A stretch of 64,000 bases of DNA from Candidatus Bathyarchaeia archaeon (GCA_050013255.1 JBEKFP010000002.1:576001-640000); one strand, 5' to 3'; positions 18,283 to 28,262 are shown, counted from the first letter of the stretch. Numbers and translations: made by a program. The notes: generated by a model from the letters alone, not told the origin.

Positions 18283-19300
18283 TTAGTGCTTCCACGCGGC
18301 TGGGTAGGTTCCTCGCTCCATGATGACCCGCTCAGTCTTCACGGCAACTCCCTTCTCCTGGTCGAGCATTTCCCTAGACGTCATCAAGGAACGCCCCAGC
18401 GCAACCCCTTCGCCCTTCAACGTGAACAGCGCAACGAACTTATTGCGTTCAATCGCCGAATCCAACTTCACAATCCCTGGCAGAGCTAATTCGGCTCCGT
18501 GGCAAATGGCGCCCACCGCGGTATCACGAATTACAATGTGTGGGAGGGCGGTGAGTGCTATTTCCATTGGCCTGAGTATTTTTCGCAGGGGTGCTTCGTT
18601 GCCGGCCTCGAAATCGGATTGCGCGGCACTCAACTCATGCAAGCTCACAATTCCATCATTTTCGCTGAACGGCCCCGCTCGGGTCCTCCTGAGCTCTCGC
18701 ATGTGGGCACCGCAACCGAAGACCTCGCCAACATCCGAGCATAGCTTACGAATGTACGTCCCGGCCTGGCATGAGCACGTGAACAGGACTGTTCGCCCTT
18801 GAATCTCATGCACGTTGAGTTGGTAGATGAAACGTTTCCTAGGCTCTCGTTTCACAGACGCCCTAAGCGGTGGCTTCTGGTAGATCTCACCCTCGAATTG
18901 GCGTAACACATCACGAACAGTAGACTCCGGAATATCGGCGTGAATTTGCATCGCGCAAACGTATTCCTTGCCCGAGAAGAGAAAGCCCTGAACAACCTTC
19001 GTAGCTTCCTCTAGCGCTACGGGCAGGACGCCGGTCACCTTTGGATTACCCCGACGGTTAGGTCTCTAGGGTTCCACCGTGGCCAGCGTGGGACAATTTC
19101 ATCATGCGCTTAATCCAAGCCACCACTTCATGGCTCGAAGGCCCCGCAGGCTTATCCACATTGATAATGCCGTACTTGATTCGAAGTGTCATCGGCCTTT
19201 CTTCTGGCCTGAAACCATAACGCGGGTCGGTCACGTCGTCGGTTTTCGCAACCAATTCTCGAGTAACCGCCCAAGGCATGACGGTCTGCAAACGTTTCAC
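18283..19300 (-). CDS. cbf5: H/ACA pseudouridine synthase Cbf5, split by a 19-nt BHB intron (19047-19065); exons 19066-19300 and 18283-19046 give 332 aa
   Basis: [18 protein letters not shown]^D-PKVTG restored by splicing, [16 protein letters not shown]-terminal PUA domain. Confidence 0.93.
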
Positions 19301-19436
19301 CTCTTCGCCGTCTCATACTTCTTTGGTGCTATTAAGGAGGGTAAAACACCCAGATCAAACGAAGAACACCTGTCACCCGCCTACTTCGGCATCAGGCGGG
19401 GTATATTATCTGAACTGGAATTTCAGAGTGGGAGGG

Positions 19437-19733
19437 TCAGCTTGCTGCCGGCTTCATTGTAGGCAGAAGCTCTTCTTTCATGAATTTCGTTTTCTTACCC
19501 TTGGTTAACGCCTTCTCGACTTCATCGTCCGCCGCTCCCTTCTTTACCTCGACGGTTTCGGGCGTGGGCTCTAAATGGTCTACGTTGGTTCTCCTACGCC
19601 TGACGCCTGTGACGGACTTGGGGCCTGTGATTAGGACAAAGTTCTTGTCAACGACATCTACGACCACGCATTTTCTTCCGGTTTCACGGCCTACGAGTTT
19701 TACGCAGATTCGGCCGACTTCCATGCTTGGCAT
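19437..19733 (-). CDS. rpl14e: 50S ribosomal protein eL14
   Basis: EVGRICVKLVGRETGRKCVVVD, RRRTNVDHLEPT. Confidence 0.95.
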   Translation of the reverse strand: MPSMEVGRICVKLVGRETGRKCVVVDVVDKNFVLITGPKSVTGVRRRRTNVDHLEPTPETVEVKKGAADDEVEKALTKGKKTKFMKEELLPTMKPAAS

Positions 19734-19809
19734 TATGATTCACCGGGGTTTGTTCGCCGCTGTAGATTCGAGGGCAATAAATAAGGGTAGCCCATCGGCC
19801 GAGGTTTGT

Positions 19810-20358
19810 TCAAGTTGCTTTCTTGGCGAGAAGATTTCGCACTTCTTTGATAACAAGGGACTTGGTTTGTTCAACTGAGTACGGGCTGGTGTCTATCTTA
19901 AGATCGTAAATGCTTAGGTCGTCCACGTCGATTCCGTAGTATTTCTTGTAGCGCTGTTTCTGTATTTCTTCGCGAGCCATTGTTTCCTTCTTCGCAGACT
20001 CGAGCGGGGTACGGTCTCTTTCAGCTATTCTTTTGAATCGAACTTCATCGGGTGCGACCATCAGTACCTTGACATCCGCACTGTCCTTCAGCATCCAGGC
20101 GCCGAGCTGGGCATCGATTACGGTGCCCCCATTCTTGGCTTCGGTCTTGGTCCGTTCATCAATCAGCTTGTCTATTGCTGGATCTTTGGCGGCAAGGCTG
20201 CTGAAGGCTTCGAGGGAGAGGTTTCTTTCTTTCGCCAGTTCCCTAAACAATTCGCCTGCGCAGACGTAACGTAATCCCAAAGCTTCTGCGAGGGCTTTTG
20301 CGTAAGTCGACTTGCCTGTTCCATGGGGGCCGCTCACAGTGATTACTGGCCCCGGCAA
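19810..20358 (-). CDS. cmk: Cytidylate kinase (archaeal type)
   Basis: ITVSGPHGTGKST, AGELFRELA, RYKKYYGID. Confidence 0.92.
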   Translation of the reverse strand: MPGPVITVSGPHGTGKSTYAKALAEALGLRYVCAGELFRELAKERNLSLEAFSSLAAKDPAIDKLIDERTKTEAKNGGTVIDAQLGAWMLKDSADVKVLMVAPDEVRFKRIAERDRTPLESAKKETMAREEIQKQRYKKYYGIDVDDLSIYDLKIDTSPYSVEQTKSLVIKEVRNLLAKKAT

Positions 20359-20361
20359 GCG

Positions 20362-20622
20362 TTATCCGACTCGGGTTCCTTGACGAACCTTTTCCCGTAG
20401 GCAGGCGTGGCATAGGACTCCGGCGAACGGCCTCGACGGGCGCCTAGAGGATTTAGTAAGGCCTCGTGTTGAGCTTGCGGGGACCCCTCGAAGGGGAAGG
20501 CCGCATGACGAGCATCTGCCGCCAGAGTAGCGTTTTCTTCGGTAGTGGATTGTGGACCTGCCGCCTGGAACTTGCAGGGTTTTCCGTTTCACGTTTCGGT
20601 TTCGGAGGGCGCGTCTCGGCAA
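20362..20622 (-). CDS. rpl34e: 50S ribosomal protein eL34
   Basis: PGGR, CSSCG.PL.GV, RRPSRPFAGVLCHAC. Confidence 0.92.
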   Translation of the reverse strand: MPRRALRNRNVKRKTLQVPGGRSTIHYRRKRYSGGRCSSCGLPLRGVPASSTRGLTKSSRRPSRPFAGVLCHACLREKVRQGTRVG

Positions 20623-21129
20623 TTAGTTCTCACTCATTCCTATCCCGAAGAGTCTCATGATCGGGAAGTTTACTGCGAAGGAGCTTAGGAAATACCAGTA
20701 GAAGAAGGTCAACTGGGTGCCGATGATTGGTAGTGGGTAGGGTGCGATGGCTACGATGTGCCCTCCGAGGACATGGTTGATCAGGTACCATATGAGGAGG
20801 AATGGGACGAAGGTCACTGCGGTGACTTTCATTTGTTCCATGCTCGCTCTCGATTGAGCCTTCATCATTGGTTGGCTCTTCTTCATGAGTTTTGATAGGG
20901 TCTGCTCATCATGAGCTTTCTTTGCTTGATCCATCTCTTTCCTCCAGGCCGAAACTTCTTTCATGGTATTCCTGACCATATTGTAGTCCACGAGAAGTTT
21001 CGCTGCCGTCGATGATGTTAGGCCGAGCGCTAAGGCGATCCCGATCGTGAGTAGTGTGGACTGAGGGATTGCACTGTAGGGTTGGATTGCGGAAGCAACC
21101 CACGCGATTATATCATCTATGAAACTCAA
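20623..21129 (-). CDS. DUF106 / EMC3-TMCO1 (Oxa1 superfamily) membrane protein
   Basis: TM + coiled coil + WYFLSSF; conserved position after adk. Confidence 0.88.
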   Translation of the reverse strand: MSFIDDIIAWVASAIQPYSAIPQSTLLTIGIALALGLTSSTAAKLLVDYNMVRNTMKEVSAWRKEMDQAKKAHDEQTLSKLMKKSQPMMKAQSRASMEQMKVTAVTFVPFLLIWYLINHVLGGHIVAIAPYPLPIIGTQLTFFYWYFLSSFAVNFPIMRLFGIGMSEN

Positions 21130-21722
21130 ACTTTTGCCTCCATTATGCTCCGAATCGCTTGAAACAGCTCCTGAGCCGCTTGCTTGTGCTTACCCTCATC
21201 ATTTCTTATAACCTTAACAGGTGAACCCGTCGCGACCGCGGAAGCCGCAGCCGTCGCACGGGACCATTCAAGGTCGAACGAGATCTCCTCGTCCACAGCC
21301 TGCTCCCTCATCCTGCTCGCATCGCCCATGCGCCTAGCGGCAATATGTCGGGGGTCTGCCTCAATTAAGACGAGAAGTTGCGGTCCGAGTTTTTCTAGCA
21401 CATTCTGCGGAAGCCCCGCCCACATCCCAGCTCCCGTCCGAACGAACATGTGAGTATCTACCACGACAGTCCCCTTACCCGCGCGGTTAGCGATTTCGCT
21501 GGCTGCAAGTTCCTGAACCTTCTTCTGCGCGTCTATGCTCTGCTCCCTCATCTTATCGCGGTGAAGGTCTTTCCCAAGGTCACGCATGATTTCGTTCATT
21601 ATTGTTCCATAATTGAGGACGGTTAGGTTGAACTTGTTCTGTCTCGCGAGGTCCTGCAGTTCGCTTAGGACAGTAGTTTTTCCTACTCCGGGTATGCCGG
21701 TCACTACGACCGTTCGGGACAG
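21126..21722 (-). CDS. adkA: Adenylate kinase (archaeal); probable CTG start
   Basis: VVVTGIPGVGKTT, VVVDTH, AGLP; follows secY. Confidence 0.92.
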   Translation of the reverse strand: MSRTVVVTGIPGVGKTTVLSELQDLARQNKFNLTVLNYGTIMNEIMRDLGKDLHRDKMREQSIDAQKKVQELAASEIANRAGKGTVVVDTHMFVRTGAGMWAGLPQNVLEKLGPQLLVLIEADPRHIAARRMGDASRMREQAVDEEISFDLEWSRATAAASAVATGSPVKVIRNDEGKHKQAAQELFQAIRSIMEAKV

Positions 21723-21725
21723 TGC

Positions 21726-23144
21726 TTACTCACCTAGGAAGCCTCTGGCAGCAGGGTAGAGTTCCGTGATTCGTTCCTGCACGAATATCTGGTAATACTG
21801 TTCAATGATACCTACCGTAAGCAGAATGCCAGTACCAGATCCGAACGCCCCCAGGAAGTCTGCAGATGCGGCTATGGTTCCGATTAAAATTGCGCCGAGG
21901 ATCGTAACCGTCGGGATATAGCGGTCAAGCATCTGCCGTATGGGGACCTCAGATCGTCTGAAGCCTTCAATCTGCATACCTGAGTCGAGAAGTTGCCTTG
22001 CAACGGTTCTCGCATCCATTCCGCCTACCTCAACCCATGTTACTGCGAAGAAAACGCAGCCGATGACGAGGAGGACTGCGTAGATCACTGCTCGAAGCGG
22101 GTCCGCCATTGCCAAGGACAGGCTTCTGGGGGGGACGACGTAGTAAACCAACCCGCCTGAAGGCTGGTACTGAGTGCCTTGCGTGGTGAAGGTGCCGATC
22201 AAGTTGAACCAGAAATTGCTGTTAGTGCTGTTGTATCTTTGCCAAAGCAATTGCGAAATGAAATAGATGTTTCCGAAAAGGGCTGCTGCGAAGATGACGG
22301 GTATGTTTGAGACGTAGAAAAGTTTCAACGGGAATTTTCCGCGGAACCCCCTGTACCTTGCGTAGGACACTGGGATTTCAACGCGCATGCCGTTGAAGTA
22401 GATAATTATGGCGAAGACGCCGAGTGTTGTGATGAAGGCAACCATGTCTGGGAGGCCGCCTGTGCGAGAGAGGACGCCTCTAAGGTCTTGTCTGCCAAGT
22501 ACCCCTTGTGCGAATGCTACAATGGCCCCGAGGTATTTGCCATCAGCCATAGGTCCCATTGGCGCAACCGAGTCCCACCATATGGAGGAAGCGACGCCGG
22601 CGGCGATGAACAGGCTGATGCCGCTTCCCAACCCCCAGCCTTTCTGGAGGAGTTCGTCGAGGAGGAGGACGATGAGGCCTGCAGCAACCAGCTGCAACAT
22701 TATCACGATTTCACTCGTTATTGGTAACGCACCGTAGGTGCCCCCGATTATGTAGGCCGATGCCTCGAAGACGGTCATGACCACCGAGAGAATCTTGCTA
22801 GCGCTAGTGAACAGCGACCGGTCTTCTGGGTTGCTCATGTCAATGTTCACCATCTTCGACCCAGCCAACACTTGCAGAATCAAACCGGCTGTTACAATTG
22901 GGCCGATGCCGAGCTCCATGAGGGTCCCTCGGTTGGAGGCGAAGATTACTCTGAGGGAACCGAGTGGGTCATTGAGGCCAGCTGACCCTATCCCGTATAA
23001 TGGAACTTGGGACATTACGAAGTAGATTATGAGTGCGATGGCCGTCCAAAAGATCTTCTCGTTAAATGCGACTTTTCTCTCAGGGGGCTTAATGTCTGGG
23101 AAGAATCTGGCTATTGGTTTGAAGAGTTCGATGAATCGGACCAT
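21726..23144 (-). CDS. secY: Preprotein translocase SecY
   Basis: GTLMELGIGPIVTAG, KLFYVSNIPVI, GSGTGILL. Confidence 0.97.
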   Translation of the reverse strand: MVRFIELFKPIARFFPDIKPPERKVAFNEKIFWTAIALIIYFVMSQVPLYGIGSAGLNDPLGSLRVIFASNRGTLMELGIGPIVTAGLILQVLAGSKMVNIDMSNPEDRSLFTSASKILSVVMTVFEASAYIIGGTYGALPITSEIVIMLQLVAAGLIVLLLDELLQKGWGLGSGISLFIAAGVASSIWWDSVAPMGPMADGKYLGAIVAFAQGVLGRQDLRGVLSRTGGLPDMVAFITTLGVFAIIIYFNGMRVEIPVSYARYRGFRGKFPLKLFYVSNIPVIFAAALFGNIYFISQLLWQRYNSTNSNFWFNLIGTFTTQGTQYQPSGGLVYYVVPPRSLSLAMADPLRAVIYAVLLVIGCVFFAVTWVEVGGMDARTVARQLLDSGMQIEGFRRSEVPIRQMLDRYIPTVTILGAILIGTIAASADFLGAFGSGTGILLTVGIIEQYYQIFVQERITELYPAARGFLGE

Positions 23145-23150
23145 TCAACG

Positions 23151-23630
23151 TCACTTCTTGGGAGGGCTTGAGGTAGCTTGTGTTGCGAGAACGGCCTCTC
23201 CGCCAGCTTCCCTTATCTTCTTGAGGGCGCTTTCGGAACACTCGTCTACTTTCACCTGGACCGCCCGTGAAATTGAACCTGTGCCGAGCAGTTTCTTGAA
23301 GCCGAGCTCCTTCAAATCGAGAACAACTTTCTCGCCCGCTGGCTGCGCCTTCTTTCCAGCTACTAGCTTGTCAACCAGTTCCGATAGTTGCCAGAGGTTG
23401 AGCGTTTTTCCACGAGGCCTCATCTCAGCGATCGATGTGAAACCTTTCTTGCCGGCGTAATGCATGTTGGAATATTCGCCGGTTCTTATGAGGCGTGATC
23501 TCTTGTGACGATACCTACCGGCTATCCCTGAACCGCCACGCATCCCGCTTGCCCTGTGCTGGCCCGATGTGCCCCAGCCATGGGTTCTGGAGCCTCTTTG
23601 GTGTCTCACATGTCTTAATCTGGTTGCCAA
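23151..23630 (-). CDS. rpl15: 50S ribosomal protein uL15
   Basis: RGSRTHGWG, KKLLGTG, SESALKKIREAGG. Confidence 0.95.
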   Translation of the reverse strand: MATRLRHVRHQRGSRTHGWGTSGQHRASGMRGGSGIAGRYRHKRSRLIRTGEYSNMHYAGKKGFTSIAEMRPRGKTLNLWQLSELVDKLVAGKKAQPAGEKVVLDLKELGFKKLLGTGSISRAVQVKVDECSESALKKIREAGGEAVLATQATSSPPKK

Positions 23631-23724
23631 TTTGGGTGTGCCTTCGCCGGTTTTTCTGCTTTAAATGATAGCGCGAGGTTGTCAGGTTCCGGAGTGCTCA
23701 AGATAAACGTTTCCGGAACTTAAC

Positions 23725-24753
23725 TCAGGGTCTTAGGACTATCTTGCCGCAATTTCCTGACCCAACCAATTTCATCGCTTCATCAAGTTGGTTGAGGGCC
23801 ATACGGTGCGTTATCAGAGGCTTCAAGTTCAGTTTTCCAGACTTTAGGATAGCTTCGAGCTTATACCACGTGTTGAACATCTCGCGCCCGACTATCCCGC
23901 GTACGTGGGCTTCTTTGAATATGAAGTCGTCAGCTATGTTGAGTTGAACTTCTTTTGATGGGATCCCGAAGAGTATTACTGTCCCACCGTTGCGAACCGT
24001 TCGAAAGGCATCTTTGATTGCGTGCTCATTTCCAGACATCTCCAGAACGACGCCAGCGCCGCGGCCGCCTGTGTCTTTGTGAACTTCAGCTACAGGGTCA
24101 CCGTTTTTCGAGTTTATTGTTTTCGAAGCTCCCATTGCTGCCGCGAGTTTCAACCTGTAGTCATTGATGTCGATAGCTGTGACGGAAAGAGCCCCAGAAA
24201 TGCTTGTCAGGGCAACAGCCGAAAGGCCAACCGGACCGCAGCCATATATCGTAACGTCATTCCCGGCAATATCAGCTGCAAAAGCGGCGTGGACTGCGTT
24301 TCCGAGCGGTTCCAGTATCGAGGCAGTGTCTAGGGGGACTTCGCTTGGAATTGGCCAAGCGTTGTTTTCAGGGATCTTGACGTACTCCGCGAAGGAACCG
24401 TCAACATCGACGCCAAGAATCGCCACGCGCTCGCAAATGTGTGAGTTGCCGGTTCGGCACTGGTAGCATCTCCCGCATCCGATGTGGCTCTCAGCAACCA
24501 CCGTTTCCCCGACCCTGCACGCGGTGACATCAGGTGCGATCTCCACGACCTCTCCCGCGAACTCATGTCCGATGATGCGCGGGGGTTTGATTCGTGCTTG
24601 CGCCCACTCATCCCACTCGTAGATGTGATGGTCTGTTCCGCAGACGGAGGTGACTTTGACTTTGACCAGAACTTCATGCTGACCGATTCTTGGCCGTTCA
24701 GCCTCAATTTGCTCGATACCCGGTGCCGGCCGAATTTTCGCGAATGCTTTCAC
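23725..24753 (-). CDS. tdh: L-threonine 3-dehydrogenase
   Basis: CGTDHHIYEWDEWAQ, GHEFAG, EPLGNAVH, GREMFNTW; paired with kbl. Confidence 0.92.
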   Translation of the reverse strand: MKAFAKIRPAPGIEQIEAERPRIGQHEVLVKVKVTSVCGTDHHIYEWDEWAQARIKPPRIIGHEFAGEVVEIAPDVTACRVGETVVAESHIGCGRCYQCRTGNSHICERVAILGVDVDGSFAEYVKIPENNAWPIPSEVPLDTASILEPLGNAVHAAFAADIAGNDVTIYGCGPVGLSAVALTSISGALSVTAIDINDYRLKLAAAMGASKTINSKNGDPVAEVHKDTGGRGAGVVLEMSGNEHAIKDAFRTVRNGGTVILFGIPSKEVQLNIADDFIFKEAHVRGIVGREMFNTWYKLEAILKSGKLNLKPLITHRMALNQLDEAMKLVGSGNCGKIVLRP

Positions 24754-24863
24754 AATCGGTTCGCGCCGTGTATCAGGTGGTGAACCTTTATGTTTTGCTG
24801 GGCATTGCCACGGGCAAAACTATTATTCTGAAGAGGGCGGAATGAAGCGCAAGGGATAAGCCT

Positions 24864-26069
24864 TTGGTCGAAGCCACGCACTCGAAGCGAGACCCACGTT
24901 CGTTTCTTCGCGAAGAATACGAACGACTCGTCACACAGGATTTGGATTGGCGCATTCGCGTCCTCGGAAGCAATAGCGGGCCGTGGGGTGTAGTCTCTGG
25001 GAAGAAAGCCCTAATCTTATGCTCAAACAATTACCTGAACCTGACCAACCATCCTAAAGTCAAGAAAGCAGCGTTAGACGCGATCGAGAAATACGGTGCG
25101 GGCTCGGGCTCAGTCCGGCCAATTGCTGGAACCATGAATGCACATGTGGAACTTGAAGAGACGCTTGCTCGATACAAGCACACTGAAGCTTCGTTAGCAT
25201 ACGCGACGGGGTTTGCGGCCAATTCTGGCCTCATTCCACAACTCGCCACGGAAGGTGACCTGATAATTAGCGACGAGCTGAATCACGGCAGCATCATTGA
25301 TGGCGTTCGCTTGAGCAGAGCGGAGCGCACCGTATACAAGCACCGTGACATGGAAGACCTTAAGAAAGTTCTCAACGAAGCAGAGAATAAGAACTACAAG
25401 CACATCCTGGTTGTGTCTGATGGCGTTTTCAGCATGGATGGAGACATCGCCCCAGCGGACAGAGTAGTGGAACTCGCTGAGGAGCACGGAGCAATGACGT
25501 ACATTGACGATGCACATGGTGACGGCGTACTCGGAGAGTCCGGGCGGGGAATCACTTCACACTTCCACATTGAAGGCCGAGTTGATGTTGAGATGGGCAC
25601 ATTCTCCAAGGCCTTTGGCGTCGTTGGAGGATACATTGCCGGATCACGAGACCTAGTGAATTACGCCTTCAACAAGTCTAGAACTTGGCTTCTAAGCGGT
25701 TCGCATCCCGCCAGCGTTGTTGCATCATGTAAGGCGAGTCTAGAGGTTATCCAAGAAGAGCCTGAGCACCTACAGAGGTTATGGGAGAACACACGTTACT
25801 TCAAGGAAGGATTACGCAATTTGGGATTTGACATAGGTGCAAGCGAAACGCCGATTACGCCTGTAATTGTGGGCGAGAGCTCGACGGCCCGCAAAATGAG
25901 CGAGATGCTCTTCGGGGAGGGCATATTTGCACTTCCAATAGTCTACCCGATGGTTTCACGCGACAAAGCCAGGATTAGAACAATCATGAACGCTGGGCAC
26001 ACAAGGAAGGACTTGGATTTTGCGTTGCGGGCGTTTGAGAAGGTTGGGAAATCGCTCGGCAGTATCTGA
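24864..26069 (+). CDS. kbl: Glycine C-acetyltransferase (2-amino-3-ketobutyrate CoA ligase)
   Basis: CSNNYLNL, SDELNHGSIIDG, DGVFSMDG, GTFSKA, ARIR. Confidence 0.88.
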   Translation: MVEATHSKRDPRSFLREEYERLVTQDLDWRIRVLGSNSGPWGVVSGKKALILCSNNYLNLTNHPKVKKAALDAIEKYGAGSGSVRPIAGTMNAHVELEETLARYKHTEASLAYATGFAANSGLIPQLATEGDLIISDELNHGSIIDGVRLSRAERTVYKHRDMEDLKKVLNEAENKNYKHILVVSDGVFSMDGDIAPADRVVELAEEHGAMTYIDDAHGDGVLGESGRGITSHFHIEGRVDVEMGTFSKAFGVVGGYIAGSRDLVNYAFNKSRTWLLSGSHPASVVASCKASLEVIQEEPEHLQRLWENTRYFKEGLRNLGFDIGASETPITPVIVGESSTARKMSEMLFGEGIFALPIVYPMVSRDKARIRTIMNAGHTRKDLDFALRAFEKVGKSLGSI

Positions 26070-26087
26070 AAACGGGAAGGCCTCGAT

Positions 26088-26726
26088 CTAGGCAACCCAG
26101 TCTTGGGGTGTCACCATTCGGTACGTGCTCCGTAGGGCTTCGTATACCGCGTACGACATAGAGCCGAGTGTGCTCGTTGAACCGAAGCTTCTCGTCCAGC
26201 AGTCTTTGACCCCTGCCAATGTTAGAACGGTCTTTGGAGTTTCTCCCCCGACCAACCCGAGTCCTCTTGGGCCTGGGATGATTTCGATTGCGACACTGCC
26301 GCACTTTCCTCGAATTTTGAATGGAATTGAGTGTGGTTGGCCGCAACCGCATTCCCAACTGCCGCAACCACGGCGAATTGGAACAACGTCAAGTTTGGCG
26401 GTTATGGTGGCTTTGTCTATGGCGTTTCTCACCTGTTTTGCTTTGCCGCCTCCGACGCCTAGGAATCCGGTGCCGTTCCCCACGGCGACGATTGCTTTGA
26501 AGCGTGATTTCTCGCCGGCATCGGTTTGCTTTTGCACGAACCCTATACCGAGTACTTCCTGTCTGAGCCCGGGTAGGAGGACGTCGACTATTTCCGGTTC
26601 TTTGATTTTCAATCCTTGTGTGAAGATATCCTCAAGGGAGACTATCTGTCCGCTCTGAACCATCCTGCCTACTTTGGTTTTGGGAACCCAGCCTGTTTCG
26701 GCTCTTTGGGTTTGGGCTGTTTGCAT
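26088..26726 (-). CDS. rps5: 30S ribosomal protein uS5
   Basis: WVPKTKVGRMV, RRGCGSWEC. Confidence 0.96.
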   Translation of the reverse strand: MQTAQTQRAETGWVPKTKVGRMVQSGQIVSLEDIFTQGLKIKEPEIVDVLLPGLRQEVLGIGFVQKQTDAGEKSRFKAIVAVGNGTGFLGVGGGKAKQVRNAIDKATITAKLDVVPIRRGCGSWECGCGQPHSIPFKIRGKCGSVAIEIIPGPRGLGLVGGETPKTVLTLAGVKDCWTRSFGSTSTLGSMSYAVYEALRSTYRMVTPQDWVA

Positions 26727-26727
26727 T

Positions 26728-27171
26728 CTAGCGTCTCCGTGCAAGCTTGTGCGTGTCTACGTATTCATCTAAGTGTGAGGCGCTTCTGAAGGTTCCGCCT
26801 TTTGCCATCAGGGACAGTTTCCTGTAGACTTGCGTAGTGATGAAGCGTTTATCTCGTAAACTTCGCAGCCTTCGCCTGATTGACCTAATGCGGACAACCC
26901 ATCTTCTCTTGCTGTTATGTGCGCTACCCTTGGTGCTCCCTGGCCCTTTGTGTCGGCCGGCCAGTAGCTCTTGGTGTCTCACCCGTTTCCTACCCCTGCT
27001 TATGCCAACCACGTGGACTTTCCTGATGCTTCCTTCGTGGATTAACTTCCTAATCTCTTCGCGAGTGATGGCTGATGATACTCGGTCCGTGTCTTCAGGG
27101 TCGACCCATACCCTAGTTATTCCTACTTTGAGCAGATCTGCGGCTAGGCGTTTCTGGCTTACTACGCTCAT
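26728..27171 (-). CDS. rpl19e: 50S ribosomal protein eL19
   Basis: QKRLAADLLKVG..RVWVDP, AKGGTF. Confidence 0.95.
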   Translation of the reverse strand: MSVVSQKRLAADLLKVGITRVWVDPEDTDRVSSAITREEIRKLIHEGSIRKVHVVGISRGRKRVRHQELLAGRHKGPGSTKGSAHNSKRRWVVRIRSIRRRLRSLRDKRFITTQVYRKLSLMAKGGTFRSASHLDEYVDTHKLARRR

Positions 27172-27698
27172 TTCTTACTCTTCCTTTTTGTTGCGGTTTT
27201 TGGCTTGGTCTTTTTCTTTGGTTTCTGTTTGGCTGATTCTGTTTCCTTCAGTTTTGCTTCTGCGGTTCCTTCTTTCGTTTCAGGAGTCAGTTCAGAGGGG
27301 GTAGGTTCTCCAATCGTAGGTTCTGCGGGCACTTCAGGTAACGCTTCAGCCCGTTTCTTCAGCCCTGGGTTAAGAATCCGAATGTTTGCCTTCTTTGCTT
27401 CGTCGATAATTTGGACGCGTTTGTTTTCGCCAACTGTGTGTGCGATTCTTGCGACCTGGAGCTTTGGGTCTAAGCCTATCAGGTCCTTTGCCCGCCACAC
27501 CAAAACTTCCCTTAGGCCTGATGGGTGGAGGCCTCTGGTGGCTCGTGGTCTTGAGTAACCTATCTTCACTACTGCGGGCCAGCCTTTCTTGCTACGCCTG
27601 ACACGGCTCGTTTTTCCGTGTGGAGCGCGCCAGGGCTCTTTGACTCTCTTGTAGCGCCAACTTTCCTCCCTGACGAAACGAGGCCTGCGGTAGGACAT
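27168..27698 (-). CDS. rpl32e: 50S ribosomal protein eL32 with Pro/Glu/Lys-rich C-terminal extension
   Basis: RPRFVR, WRAPHG, GLHPSG, IRILNP. Confidence 0.93.
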   Translation of the reverse strand: MSYRRPRFVREESWRYKRVKEPWRAPHGKTSRVRRSKKGWPAVVKIGYSRPRATRGLHPSGLREVLVWRAKDLIGLDPKLQVARIAHTVGENKRVQIIDEAKKANIRILNPGLKKRAEALPEVPAEPTIGEPTPSELTPETKEGTAEAKLKETESAKQKPKKKTKPKTATKRKSKK

Positions 27699-27699
27699 G

Positions 27700-28251
27700 T
27701 TACATGCCTTCCTTCTTTTCGAAAATGTATATGCCGTCTAGGAATACGCGCTGGTCTTTCTCTCGAATTATGGTTGCGTATTGGATGTTGGCGGCCGTCT
27801 GGCTAACGTCGCCGAGGCTAGTTCCTTGAACGTGAATTTCGTCGCCAGCTATTTTGACTTTGACGCTTCCAATGATTTTTGCGTTTCGGGGCGTCTTCTC
27901 GCCCGTGAAGTTGTCGATTGTAAGCTTTTTCTCCTTCTCGTCGACTTTGACGGTTATCGGAAAGTGAGCGTAAACAAGCTTGAGCTTGTATGTGTATCCT
28001 GACGACACGCCGCGAATCATGTTGCGGACGTGGGCCAGGGCTGTACCGACGAGGGCCACTTCACGTTTCCGAGCCCACGGGCTGTAAACGCGAAGAGACT
28101 GGCCCTCCAAGGCAAATTGTACAGGCAGGTGGGAGAAATCCTCTTCGAGTGTTCCCTTCGGTCCGACAGCTTTGATTCTTCTTCCATCCACGTTAAGTTG
28201 AACGCCCTCAGGGATGGGTATTGATCTTTGCGCGAGTTCGACGAGTACCAT
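27700..28251 (-). CDS. rpl6: 50S ribosomal protein uL6
   Basis: IPEGV, YAHFPI, QTAANI, DQRVFLDGIYI. Confidence 0.96.
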   Translation of the reverse strand: MVLVELAQRSIPIPEGVQLNVDGRRIKAVGPKGTLEEDFSHLPVQFALEGQSLRVYSPWARKREVALVGTALAHVRNMIRGVSSGYTYKLKLVYAHFPITVKVDEKEKKLTIDNFTGEKTPRNAKIIGSVKVKIAGDEIHVQGTSLGDVSQTAANIQYATIIREKDQRVFLDGIYIFEKKEGM

Positions 28252-28262
28252 GATTTCCAATC

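Noticed and set aside
18283-19300. cbf5 as a frameshifted pseudogene or two separate genes
   Set aside because: A precise BHB intron restores both the frame and the catalytic Asp
19360-19400. Hammerhead ribozyme (CUGAUG on the minus strand)
   Set aside because: Lacks the full CUGANGA core and a correctly placed GAAA
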